A stretch of DNA of 64,000 nt from Lingula anatina (lineage: Eukaryota > Animalia > Brachiopoda): the NCBI GenBank assembly GCA_051362555.1, contig CM120646.1, positions 18,910,001-18,974,000 on the forward strand, written 5' to 3'. Positions 12,640 to 25,653 of the stretch are shown one piece after another. The notes beneath the pieces were generated by a model. The model ran no database searches and was not told the origin of the DNA. It saw nothing but the letters and a program-made list of their open reading frames with translations. Both the position numbers and the translations under genes were made by a program. Within the stretch, counting starts at the first letter, position 1. Every line of letters begins with the position of its first letter.

Positions 12640-13656
12640 GTATTTACATGGTAGGTATGCCCTGTTTTTTGTAACATGCAAAATTTAAATATATGTGGCA
12701 AATATGTGGGCCCCATGCCTCCGTTACATGCTTGTTTTTGCATTCTGACACGACAAGCGAAGCGAGACGAAGAACATTACTGTGTTCCCTTTAATTATGA
12801 TCCTAGATTCCTCACCGTCTTTGTTTCCGCCTAATTGTATTTAATGTAATCTAAAATAAAAAGGTATATTTAAATAACCAAATATATGATATTATCACAT
12901 CTTTGTTCTCAGGGTATAGACAGAGTTGACCAGAGAGAAGCAATCACTGAGAGCCGGGGACAGTTCGCAGCCGAAGGTAGGATATGCGTTCTTTTCTTAA
13001 AATAATGAAACAACCACAGTATTACACCTTTTATTTTATCAGATTCAAGGGAATACATATCTAATTTAAATTGAATTAGAGATGCTAATGCAATACTCAG
13101 AACCGTACCAACTGGAAAAACAGTTACCGACAGGCTAGCAGACCACGCAAGGATATAAACTGATCCATATACAGGTAATTGCTCGCAAAAGCCTTTTCCC
13201 CATCAAGGAAGTATAAAATCACGAACGTAGATCCATGCAGTAACAGCCAACCAATGTATCCCAAAGTTTGTATAGGCGCATCACACATCTGACCTTCATT
13301 TGAAAAAGAAAGAAACACAATCCTGGAATTTTCAACAGTTTCCTTTTGCATAATTTGTATTGATCGATTACATATTTTTCTTATATTAGGGCATGGTGGA
13401 GATGACGTCCACATATATATGATGGACACGTGAGTACAACACGCCAGTTTGAGTTAGAATTACATGTATGAAACCGCGATAAGGACTGCTATTAAAACCC
13501 CATTTATGTTGTAGCTGTATTTTCGAGTAGATTTCTTCTAAACTCTCACTAAGACATGATGATCATACAGCACAAAAGCTTAGGTAAAAGGTCCAACATT
13601 TTATAGTGTATTGAAACGTATTTTATGTTGCCTTTTCGAGGCATGTGGCAGAGTAG
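12640..13656 (+). pseudogene. Orphan ~1-kb duplicate of part of the S8 protease gene, carrying two exons (12913-12976 and 13390-13429)
   Basis: Collinear with 32962-33962. The exons encode GIDRVDQREAITESRGQFAAE and GHGGDDVHIYMMDT (catalytic Asp) with intact ag/gt sites. No other protease exons were found nearby. Confidence 0.85.
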
Positions 13657-13668
13657 TAAGCTAACTAC

Positions 13669-13696
<28 letters not shown>
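13669..13696. repeat. (GT)n microsatellite at the duplication junction / SLC5 copy B 3' UTR
   Basis: Read directly from the sequence. Other (GT)n tracts at ~29252-29277, 29353-29387 and 37303-37356. Confidence 0.95.
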
Positions 13697-13700
<4 letters not shown>

Positions 13701-13742
13701 GCTCGCACGTGCGATGGAGGGTGGGCTTATTTGTCACGTAAT

Positions 13743-15157
13743 TTACGGAACATATTGCCAGTAGGACCAAAAACAATACAATGCGACACCTAGAGACAAA
13801 ATAAAAACCAGTCCAATGTTGAGACCGATTTTTGCAGCACGTGATTGTTTTAGTGACGTTATCTTAAGCAGACGACATTGTTGCTCTTGCTGACGTTGCG
13901 ATTCTTCAGGTGATTGGTGAATACCAATCAACCAATCACAGGCTTTGCTATACCATGGACGAGACTCCCATTCTGGAAAAGATGTGACGTCAGTAATGGC
14001 AACCATGGTATTTCAACTATTTTTCACCATTATCACTACCACCAAAATCATAATGATGACAATAATAAAAATGAACGTTTATACAGTCACTGTTTATTTG
14101 TTGTGAAATAAATAAAAAAAAAAAAACGGAAATTTGATTACTACCCTAGGCTAAAAAATTTAATGAAATAAGACAGTGGCTTAATTTTAAAAAGTTAGAT
14201 TAAGTAATTGACTGAAATATAACGACGTTTCATTATTAAAAAGAGGTACAGAAGTTGGATTAAAGCTCTTGAAAAACTTCTTGCTTTCTCTTTAAGTTAA
14301 AAGTGTACTTTTACCTAAAAGGAATTTTAAAAAAATTCCGCCAACTACTTTATTGAAAAGGTATATCAAATAAATAAACAAATAAATAAAGCAATGAATA
14401 AATGAAAAATGCTATATCGCTGCAGTATACCCACCCACTTCTTCCGACGTATTACCAGGAATGTAGCTAGGATCCCGGAAATTGTGGTGACCGTTTACTG
14501 ATTCCGCGGACACGGTAAACACTGGTTTTTGTTTGTCAGAATCTGTAAATAAAATTACACATAGTAGATCTTATCCCATATCTTGGTACGACATACGTTG
14601 TGCTGAAAATATGTTTCTGCTATGAAAAGGCACGGATAAGATTTGTTTTGGAGGGTACAATAATTTCTTCTTGTCTTAAAGTTTGCGATGCCTTTTGTCT
14701 TAAAATAATTATCAACATATTGGACCTCGGGATACGACTTACCTAGGGTTGAATTACTTTCCCCCTTTTCCAAGCCAGGGTTATCCAGCCCCGTTTCCAT
14801 GGAGTTGGTGGTTGCCTTAGAGATATCGTCGAAATGCATGCCGGACTTGGACTCCATTATCACTTCCTCTCTGTCACGATTGTCATGCCGCGTCCAGAAT
14901 GTCGTGCGGATCAACTGCAACAAAGATACTTTTGATTCTTTTTGAATATGACATTTGAATCTAGTTTAAAAGAAACAGAGTATCTGTCTATCTATCTATC
15001 TTACATAGCCTCCTTTACGTCGTGTTTGTTGTTTTGTGTGACCAAACAACAGGCCTACAAATACACGTGTAGACTACACAGAAAATGACTACACAAGCCC
15101 TCAGTCTTGAAACAGATAGGCTTATTTTTATTTCAATGTTTTCAATCATACATGTAA

Positions 15158-15227
<70 letters not shown>

Positions 15228-17143
15228 TAACTATATTAAATTAAAATCTGACAAAAAATGCCATATCAATTATAAAAAAAAAAATGTATAAAAACTCACG
15301 TGTTTCTCTTCCGGAGCCTCCGTACAGTAACTGACGATGGCAGCGACAATGACAGTCATCCAGAACAACAGCATGGCAAAGTACATGTACTGGAAATCCT
15401 TAATTATGGCCGGCCTGTCGTCGACATCCCCGCACTTCTGTGCGCCTGGCCAAATGAACACGAGGACCAGGCGAGTGACCCCCGTTAGCAAGGCCACCAT
15501 TAATGCCCAAAATACGCCCTGTTGTAGAGAAATAATTTTAAAATTAACAGCCCTTATTTGTCTCAGCACTGTGTAGATGCACAACATATAAAATTTTAAT
15601 TTTTTTTCAAAGGAGGAAGAATAAGTTCCTTCATCACTTCCTTTAGTATTAAAACTCGGCAAATTCCAAATTCTTCTTTTTCTTTTTCTTATATTGCTCA
15701 AATCCTTACTTCTTTTTTTAAAGTCATAACCTTTGGAAACGCGTCTTTTTGTAAACACTAAAAGGATAAAGAACAGAAGATATAACCAACAACCTACAGT
15801 TGTTCAACAAATACTTTCTTAAGTTTTGGATGCAATCATTCCGGTATGCCCCAAGGTTCACCATTTCGCATTTGATTTCCTCCTACTTAGATGCTACGAG
15901 CTGCTAGAATATCCAATGACATTTGCACTTACCTGCTCGTTAATTCTGGGCCATACCACCCCAAGGATGAAAATAGCGGCAACAGGAGGCGCTAGGTAGT
16001 TGGTCACCTCTTGGATATAGATGAACACCTGACCACCTTGCATCTCCTTGACAACCGGTACCCAGGCAACCGCCACAGCCGTCATGACGAGCACGAAGAC
16101 CCTGAAAATACCAGCACATCTGTCACAACTACCAATATACATACGCTGTGTATTGACGAAACAAAATAACTAGCTGAATAAATAAATAAAAACTTTCATT
16201 TTTTAAAAAAGATACTATACACGGTTTGCATTAGCACTACCAGATTTTTAAACGAAAGGCATGAAGAATCAAATTTCTTACCGTAAGAGTACAAACAGTA
16301 ATTGCATGCTTTGGAATGATTACAAGTATTAAAACAAGTATCCATAGTAGAAACTCCGTGTGATCACCATCATTATTATTTTTATTATAGTCAGTGACAT
16401 TTGGATTATATACAAGCCCACCCTCATGTGTTCGCAGCCAAAACGTTAAGAGTCCTTACTTCCAAACTTGCATTAAGTGTCTTTTGTGTGACATTCTTAA
16501 AAGTTAATGACTTAATACACGAAGCATCGGGAAATGCTTAGATGTATACGTTTACCTACCGTCCCACTATCATTAACTCGCGCACTGTTGCTTGCTTACG
16601 GAACCGTTTCCAGACGTCAATGGTGAACAGTGTGCTGGCACTGTTGAAGATGGAGTCCAGATCACTCATCAGAGCAGCGATCATCACCGCCATCATTAGT
16701 CCTCTAAGACCTGCAGAGCAATGATTAACGAATCGTCACTTGTTTTAGTTATTTGAGGCGTTGATATGAAAATTCATCATCTTTAATTGATGGGTGTCAT
16801 AAACTACATGTACATGTACCAAGTCCTGCTGCGATGACTAAATTTACACATAATTTCATGCATGAATTATTTTTTCTTTGGCACTTGATAACGACACAAC
16901 TCGTATGACGTCAAATTGATAGAGACACTCTTTACGTCACATGTTCAGCGTTGGTTGTCATCGTGACGTCATATAATTTAAGATAGCTCACCGATGGGCA
17001 TGACTCCCAGTACCAGTTTAGGGTAGGCAATGTTAGTGCAACCCGCATAGCTTTGGCAAATTTTGTAACATTCTTCTGGATCAGCGCATGCCACTTCATC
17101 TACAAAAAAAAAAATAAATAAATAAATAAATAAATAAATAAAA

Positions 17144-17175
<32 letters not shown>

Positions 17176-20100
17176 TAATAATAAAATAATAATAATAAAT
17201 TAATTTAAAAAGATTTAAAAAAAACATTTCTGTTGCAGTGGTGATGTGATGGGAGGGGCGTAATGGGCTAAGTATTCCTTTCATTTCGAAGGCACCGCAT
17301 TCTATTCCCCTTTCCTTCAAAACTTTCTTTCCATTATACTTTTGTATATTGTATATGTGACACCTCTTTGCAAAACTGTGTATCCGTGAGAGTAATGGGT
17401 TTCACTCTTGCAGTATTTAAACTTTTTTAAGTGTTGTAGATCAATATTTATACTCGATTAATTAGGGCTAGGTAAATTATATTTTTGCTTTATCAATAAA
17501 CAAACAAACAAATAAATAAATCAATAAATAAATAAAAGCTCACTTGGGTAGAACACCCTGCTGATCATGCCTGGCATCACCATCATGAACAGCGGAAGTA
17601 TCTTGATGAATCCCGCCATAAGTGTCGCCCCCTGTGCGTGGGAAAGACTCTTAGCAGCCAGCGCTCTCTGGACGATAACCTGGGAATACATTGCAGATAA
17701 TTAACCCACTGATAAGAGTCAATTTAAAATATTTATTACGAATTTTTCCACCGCGTTATTTACATACTTCATGGACATCTACCCCAGCTATCTCGAAAAT
17801 TATCAAAAAAAGTCCAAAGTAAACGTTTTCATGCTAACGTTATGATTTCATTGCCTGTACTTTGCCCATCCGGAATAATACGAACTTAAGAGTTATATTA
17901 ATCTGATTTTTAAGGCCGGAATAATATGCTTGCTGGCGTGAGTGTGTGCAGAAACATATGCAAATCCTGTGCCCGTCTGAAAACATATGTCCTCCCACGC
18001 ACCTGGTCGCTGCACCAATACCAGATGGAGCCAGGGGTCTGCCCAAAGAGGAACCCCGCCCATGGCATGTCGTTATCCCTGGCTTCCTTCAGCATCTGGA
18101 AGGCGTTGGACGGAGGGATGCCGCAGGTCTGATTGGCAACCAGTTTTGTCGGTATGGCCTGTGGGAAGGTGCGAACCAGTTCACCGTAGCCTCCAAGTTT
18201 CCAGAAACCTGAAATTGTAAAAAACGTAAACAAGATACATTTAACTGCGACATGTATTTAATTTGTCTTTAAAATATATATTCTGTAGAATATTTGTAAC
18301 TAGATGTGTATCATTATACTTAAACCTGAGGTTAAACATTACATTTTTACCAAAGAGAAACGTTAAAATTATTCAGCACTCTTACCAGGAATTGTATAAG
18401 TAGACTTTTAAGTTTTAAGACTTTTAAAAGAGTTAAAATTACTGAAGACAATCTGTTAAGGGTTGTACTCACTCATTCCCATCACTCATCCCATGAGGGC
18501 GCCCCCTACCATCAAAAAAGCCTGTAATGTGTCGGTATATATGACAGCAGTCAAGCCACCTATGTTGGAAAAAAAACTGAACAATGTTTATTATATGGCT
18601 GCGACAAGAAAGTTAAGTGTTTTACAATGCAAATCCGTAGCTAGATATTTCAAAGGTATGTTCTTTTTCTGTAAAATTTGACCTTTTACCATGACACCTT
18701 CGTCTGTTTAGATCAAAATTTACTCAGAACGGACCATTTTCCTACAAAAAGACGGTTCATTGATACCCGACTCCCCCCAAACTCCCTGGATACAAGCTTG
18801 CTACACATTTACGTATATGCATATGTATATGCATGTGTATATTTACATATGCATCAGTGGAGCCCACCTGTAATTGTTAGAATAGCAGTGACCAGAATAA
18901 GGACCAGGATGCTCAGGTAAAGGTCCCACTTCAGCGACTGTTGTATGAACAAGCCACCTGTATACAGATCCACCTGAAAGCGAAACATTGATATCTCACT
19001 GATATAGGTACTCTTTGAAAAAAAAAACGGTTGAAAACTGGATGAATTACACCTTCGTCCTAAAATTGACTTGTTTGGTGAATTAATTGTATTCCTTACT
19101 CTTGTATATAGTGTGTGTATAGGTCCATACGACTACCGAATTTACACCGCCTTTTGCCTTGTGAGAATGAAGCATTTGAGAAAATATGAAATAATATGAA
19201 AATTAATTTACTCCAAAGCTCATCAATAATCTATTAGGAATTAATGTAATAAGGATCACTGAAGAAAATTTGGGATGCACTCACGGAACATTTTGTAAAG
19301 ATATACAGTATCAGCGAGAGGAAAGCGAAATAAACTCGGAGTCGACTTCCGCCAAACCTCTTCTTCAGGTACTCGGGCATTGTGTATGTCTGGGTAGAAA
19401 AAAGAAAACGTATCAGCCACTTTTCACATTATATTTTTTTAAAATTCATAAGCAACATTTAGTTACCCACACATAATGGGTGTAATGAAAACATTAGTCG
19501 TTTGGTAATTAATACAAGGAATGTCATTTCTCTCTTGTGCTCACTAGTATATTTCGGGTGTATGCCTTTTGTAATTTGTCTATTGTGAACACAATTTACT
19601 GTCGTAAGAGGTAATACACACAATGCTATCATTCTCTCCACTCTATCTCACTTAAATGAATGCTAAGTAGCAAAATTAATTTAACGAGAATTTACCTGTA
19701 GAAAAATGTAATGCCTTACACAAAGGGTTATTCTTCTATACTCTTTACGGTTCTCATCCGTGCTTGTGTTTTGTCACAGAGAGTTATTTGAATGAAAGCG
19801 GCTGTACTTTCATTATTTCATTTTTTTGCGAAGTTTTGTCTTAACTCTAGAACTAAAGTTTTGACCTATTCCAGTTCAAGATATTAGTCAATCTATATTA
19901 CAGTATAAAGTGTCTTTTTTATTGCTTGTAAAACAGGCTCATTATATATTGGACTACTTCTGATTTATCTTTGGTTAAACTTAAAGTAGAATAAATTTTT
20001 TGTTTAAAAATTCAGATCAGGTTGCCGGATTACAAAGCAGCCCCTGATTCCAGGGTGTACTTACCCCGCATGCTATGTACACTGGAATAAACACCCAGCC

Positions 20101-21949
20101 CAGCAACTGGAGAAGCAGAATGGCCTAGAGAGTGGGAAATAGTACATGTAGTATTACACTGATTAGCATGGGTTTATTGTTCATTAAATATCAATCATTA
20201 AATTGTGTTCTATTTTAAAATTAAAATTAAAATTTCTTTTAAAATTAAGTTATTACTTGTTTGAAAAAGTGCGTATGGGTCGGCTGCACCTATTAAAATA
20301 CATGCACAGGGTAGTTCGTAGAATGCCTTAATAAGAGTCCCGAGCTCGACGTCATGGATGATAACGTGTTCTAAACTTATGTTAAGTAAGGGGAACATTT
20401 CACCTGCTTCACGAAGCGTTTTATGAAACATCGTGTCGCATATCTATCTGTTAACCTTAAACTTAAAAGTGCCGCATAATCAAATGGGGGAGATAGAATG
20501 GAAGAAAGCACGTATTTTTTATTCAGTTTCACGTTCTGTATCCTGTGTCATTTAATAGGTACGTTTTTTTTTTTAATGACTGGCGAAAAAGTACTTATGC
20601 TCTTTTTTCACGTGTTTTTGTAACTGAATTTTTTTTAAAACTTGGTATAATTCATCTACAGTACAAAGAAAATTCAAAATTTGTACAGATTGCTTCCAGC
20701 CTCGGTATGTCCAAAACTGATACAAACAAACCGCAGGACGAGGAATATATTATTTTCTGCATGCACGAGGGGAGTGGGGGTGGGGGGTGGCGGAGTTGGG
20801 TAAGAGGCTAGTTTAGGAAAAGCCTAGGCTGCCCAGCGTGTCCATACTTTTAACTGGGTCTCAAACAATTTGTTTGGAGTATGTCTTAAAACGGTGTGAC
20901 CTTAACCGATGCTTCTGGGGGGGGGGGGGGGGGGGGGGTAGCTGGTAGCTGAGCCCTTAGTTTTCATACTTACGTTAAACTCCCATGCGCCCACACCTAT
21001 ACCACCAGCCGCTCCCGACCCTGCCAATCCTATGAAGTGTTCACTACCGATATTACTCACAAACAAGGATGCACCAACCTGTAACAGGATGGAACAAATG
21101 CATGTATTATAAATATGGTTACAAACTGACAGTGATTTGATTTTAATATTAACATAAGGGTTACAATCAAAATGTGCGGCAGACTTGACATTTTTTTATT
21201 TGTTTTTGAATTATTTTACTTTCTTAGTGTCGGTAATGAAAGTTATTTTACATAAGTATGCTGAAAAACTGATTAAAATGCAAAACTGCTGTATATAAAT
21301 CAAAGCACCAAATACAGACTTTACAAAAGGCAGCAAATTCCAAGATGGCCGCCCAAACACTGTGTAGCGTGTGCTGAAACTGACCGGTAAGAACGTCATG
21401 GAGCGTCCAGCAAGGAAGTATCCACTGACCGTCCCTCTTGAAGCTCGACACATGGCCTGAGAATGAGGAATACAAAATGACAAAATTTTTCTTCTCTCTC
21501 TTTCTAAATGTAGCTCATATCAGAATTTCAACAAATTCCATCTCCTGCGTATAAATTTATTATTAGATATGCTCATTTCCTGTTTGATAAAGTCAATAGA
21601 ATTCAAGGTGGTGACTCAAGTATGTTATACAGGTACAGGTTAAAAAAACGGCGTATATGCTTTATGCATTTAGATCAAGTGTATCCATGTTAAAGCTGAT
21701 CCATTCATACTGTGTAAAATGTATGGTCATAGACACGGTAAAATCCGTTGTTACCCAAAATTATAGTAATAATAATAATAAAATAACAATGTTACTTACA
21801 AATATTCCCACACAAATGACAGCACAGAAGTAAACAGCAACCACCACAAGGTCCCAAGAAGCCAGACCTTCATTGGCTGGATACAGATTATACGGATTGT
21901 CGTCTGTCACCCCAGTCGTCATGGTAACGGTATCGGCTGTCGTTGCCAT
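13743..21949 (-). pseudogene. SLC5A3: SMIT1-like SLC5 cotransporter copy B; all 15 coding exons present but premature TGA in exon 7 (probable null copy)
   Basis: Exons: 21800-21949, 21385-21456, 20974-21078, 20065-20124, 19285-19389, 18868-18973, 18473-18559, 18003-18208, 17544-17679, 16992-17099, 16560-16710, 15933-16101, 15300-15518, 14743-14914, 13743-13972 (~690 codons). Exon 7 is 87 nt versus 81 nt in copy A and reads GCC CTC ATG GGA TGA GTG ATG GGA ATG (stop at 18486-18488). Confidence 0.82.
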
Positions 21950-22539
21950 TTTACGGCGGGTTGAAACGTTTTGTTATCTGAAAACAAATTGATGACAAGG
22001 AAGAGGAAGCAATCACGCTCGTCCTCAAATCACAGTTAACTGTTAACCCAATAACTGTTAACTTTAGCTTTTCACAGCACACAGAAGATGCAACCTATTG
22101 GCCAACATAGGTCAGTGCGCCAGCTAATCAGGGTTGAAATAAACCCGAAGCCGTCCACGGGTTCAGCTTTCGAATTCCAATTACAGGTAGTACAAGGGCC
22201 GGGTGTATGAACTAGGAGGGGAAGAATCGAACGTCTCGTAAACCACCATTAAAATTGTTTATAAACTATGCGACATGCGCTATTTATATCACCTTGGAAT
22301 GTATGAACACGCACATGTACGTTTATGCACCATTAACTGAAAAATACCAATAACAACGTTACCTGAGGTCACCTATATGCAGAAAGGACACCCGCTGCTG
22401 AGTTTTTGTGTATAAGATATGTAAACACCATGACCCAGATTTGCATTGTTAAATAACCTAAGAGAAAGGCGAAGCCGTGTGTTTAACAGCTTACCTTTAA
22501 CGGTATTCTTGAATGTCAACATGTATACAAACATAACTG

Positions 22540-22596
<57 letters not shown>

Positions 22597-23294
22597 ATAT
22601 GGAGAGAAACAAGCCATAAGATCACGGAAATTTCGATCAGTCTTAGCTTTTGCTCACTGCGCGAGCATGCTTTACAGGATGAATATTCAAATCAGAAGTG
22701 CGTGGAGCATAACATTTAAAAAAATCAACGCACAAATTAAAAAATAAAGATATAACAAAATAAAGAGAGATGCGATTAAAGTCTGTTAAAGTATGGCTCT
22801 GTGGTGAATTACACCGAGCTTTAAATATGGCTGCATTTGAAGAACGACGAGGTGCAGTCTTAATAACGTGCACATTTCTAAAAAGTGACGTTTATGGTTT
22901 TGAAAATCCCACTTTGTAACCACAAGACATTCATCTAATACGCACTGCATGTCAAAAAGTTGTTAGTACCTTGCACTATAGTGAGTGGGTAGTATACTAC
23001 TACTACTGCATAAACCGGTAACTCCCACCTATGACTATGAAATCAGCCAAACAATCTTTTTGGAAGTAAATAAAAAATATCACGCAGCAGCGACAGACAA
23101 GGTAGTCCTACATATTAGTATGTGACAATCGTATACACCGGGAGCAATTACCTTGCACCTTTAGGGCAGATTTAGAGTTGAGCGACTCTATATACCTGTT
23201 GACAGCAACTATACGCGACATAAAGCGAGGCCTTCATAAAAAACTAATAAACCATCAATGTTCTGGCACACCTTAGGCCACACTATATTGACGT
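14093..23294. repeat. Segmental duplication partner of 1-9204 (SLC5 gene plus short upstream flank)
   Basis: Exons and introns align throughout with indels. Homology ends at ccttaggccacactatattgacg (9182-9204 versus 23271-23293). Confidence 0.93.
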
Positions 23295-25407
23295 TAACGA
23301 TGTACAAACGCGATCTACCTGGTTTTATCGCATCCTTCTTATCCTGTATTCGTAGAACTGACAAAAATAATTTACCTGATGATAAAAAAGGGAGACAAAA
23401 TCAGGAGAGGCCTATCAGTGCACGAGCAGGTTGTCCCCTAAAATCGTTTTATGCACGACGCAGTATGCCTTATGTGTAAAAACACCTGTCCTTGAAACTC
23501 GCCTTGCTTTACTGCCTTTAAACGTGTAAATATCAATGCGAATGTGCTTTCCTTTAAATATATGTACACTCTACGTAAACCCCGCGATTTAAGTGGACCC
23601 GTTACTCAGCCCTATACGTTATGTCATATAAACCCACTTAAGCTGTTAAAATCTATATACATTCATATGTACATGTATAAACAATTGCTTTCTATATCAC
23701 TGAATGAATGACCTTACATGACCTTTCCTTTCTGCGACTGCAAGGAAGGGACAAAACCGTGTGGACCTTTTCACACCTATAGGACACGCGTAGCCTTTCA
23801 CATGCGTGGTGGATGGTATTTACCTGCGCTCGTTTTTTTTTTTAATCTACCTGTATTATAACATTTAGAGAAGAGTGCAAATTCGTGGCTAGGATACTTG
23901 ATCGAGAGTATTAAAATGAAAAACGATTGCACTGGAGACGCTAAGGTGATAATATCAGCAATATGATACTCGTCAATGTGTTCGTGATTGCCATGTTAAT
24001 GCTAAACAGTCATTGGTGGGTCTTTGACCATGCAATAATTCCCTGGAAACCGACATACTTTCAGGAATAGTTTATCTTACTAATTATGTGGACAGAGAGC
24101 GCTGGGAATGAGCGGGTGAAGTTACCTTTATTTCCTTTGACGATCGAGATACATTTTGTGAATAAAAAAAGGCACACTTTCCCACCCCAAAAGTGAAGAT
24201 TTTAAGTCACGTCAGTGACGAACACGGCTTGTGTTATATGTGCATAGTACCCACTTGCTCCATTATTTTCTTTGCTTTATACTATATTGTTGTATCCTCT
24301 GCTTTATACTATAGTATAGTAACCTCCAATATGGGAAAAAACAATTGGAAATAAATCGAAAAAATTCACAATGATAGCCAAAAAGAGCAAGGCCCACGTT
24401 CTGCTAGACGTGGCATTTATCGAATGCAGTTGCTGAACAATAATTTTCCTTACTTGCTACGAATCGTTTCATTGCGTTAGATGTGCCTGGAGATTGAATG
24501 GAAAGACAAATCGTTCTCAACCAAGCTGGAGCTCTCTGGTATTTAATCTACAAGTTTACAGAGTATAGCTCGACGGCCCAGTTTGATACCCTGCATTTAA
24601 AATGAATAAACATGACGACTCTAAATGTTCTCATAACCAGACGATATTTTTAAAAAGTCACAACCAAGCAAGCGTCAACAGATAACCGATGCCAATCTTG
24701 TCAGTCATTTAACGGCATGCCACTAATTTAAGTAGGACTTGACTGGAGTTTATCGCTATAAATACTATAGTTAAAAGAACCAGTTAGACGGAAAGCATGC
24801 TTATTTGTTGCTCCGTTTGCGTTTTAACGAGGCTTACTGTAGAAAATATCCCAGATAACTTCTTGGTGAACTCAAACGACAATCAGCACGCGGATGCCTG
24901 TTCAAAACACCCGCACTACATGTAACGTAAACCGGAATTGGTCTAAGTGACGTCACAGACCGACCATATCACAACAGCGCGCCTTACAATTGTTATAACT
25001 TTCTCTTATGAATCATTCTTGTTTTCTTGAAGCGTCAGTATGCATTTTTTCTGGATTAAGTTTGCAAGCCTTTTTAAGATGCTGCGAAAAAAAATTGGGG
25101 TTAAGAGGTTGCCAGTCGACGTTTCCTCGTTCTTCACAGACCATCTGCATGCCACTTTAAATCTCTGCTGAACTTTAAAATTGATAAGGAAGGGTCAGGT
25201 AATTATGAAAGAAAAAAATTGTAGGTTTAAGGTGCCCAGCTACGAGGAAATGTTTTATATCTGTGCTTTTCTTCATGTACAAATACATGTAGATACATGC
25301 ACACCTTCTTGTGTGAGGGCCGACGTTTTTATTTACCTCCATGACCCTACACAACATTAAATAACACTTATTAATATAAACCCCCAGAGGCTGGGCACTG
25401 TGGGCTT

Positions 25408-25653
25408 TCAACCTCCAATGATTGGATTAATAATATGAATTTAAAAATATTAATTACAAATTATTTCCCAATTCTGTGGCTCCTGACAGCTACTTATGCA
25501 CCCTAAATTCCTGTATGTGTGAATTTTATCAAATATGCATGCAAAATAATTCAGACAAAGACCAACATCTTTCAACCTCAAATGATTGAATTGATAATAT
25601 GAATTTAAAAAAAATATTAATTACAAATTCTTTCCCAATTCTGTGGTCCCTGA
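25408..25653. repeat. Pair of ~80-bp imperfect direct repeats
   Basis: ttcaacctc-aatgattg-att-ataatatgaatttaaaaa-tattaattacaaatt-tttcccaattctgtgg occurs at ~25408-25486 and ~25571-25653. Confidence 0.75.

Noticed and set aside
18486-18488. TGA in copy B as a selenocysteine codon
   Set aside because: It comes from a local insertion absent in copy A, does not align with a Cys, no SECIS was recognised, and SLC5 proteins are not known selenoproteins.
20917-20938. Poly-G tract in copy B intron 3 as a G-quadruplex regulator
   Set aside because: Only four G at the equivalent copy A site; likely slippage or homopolymer sequencing error.
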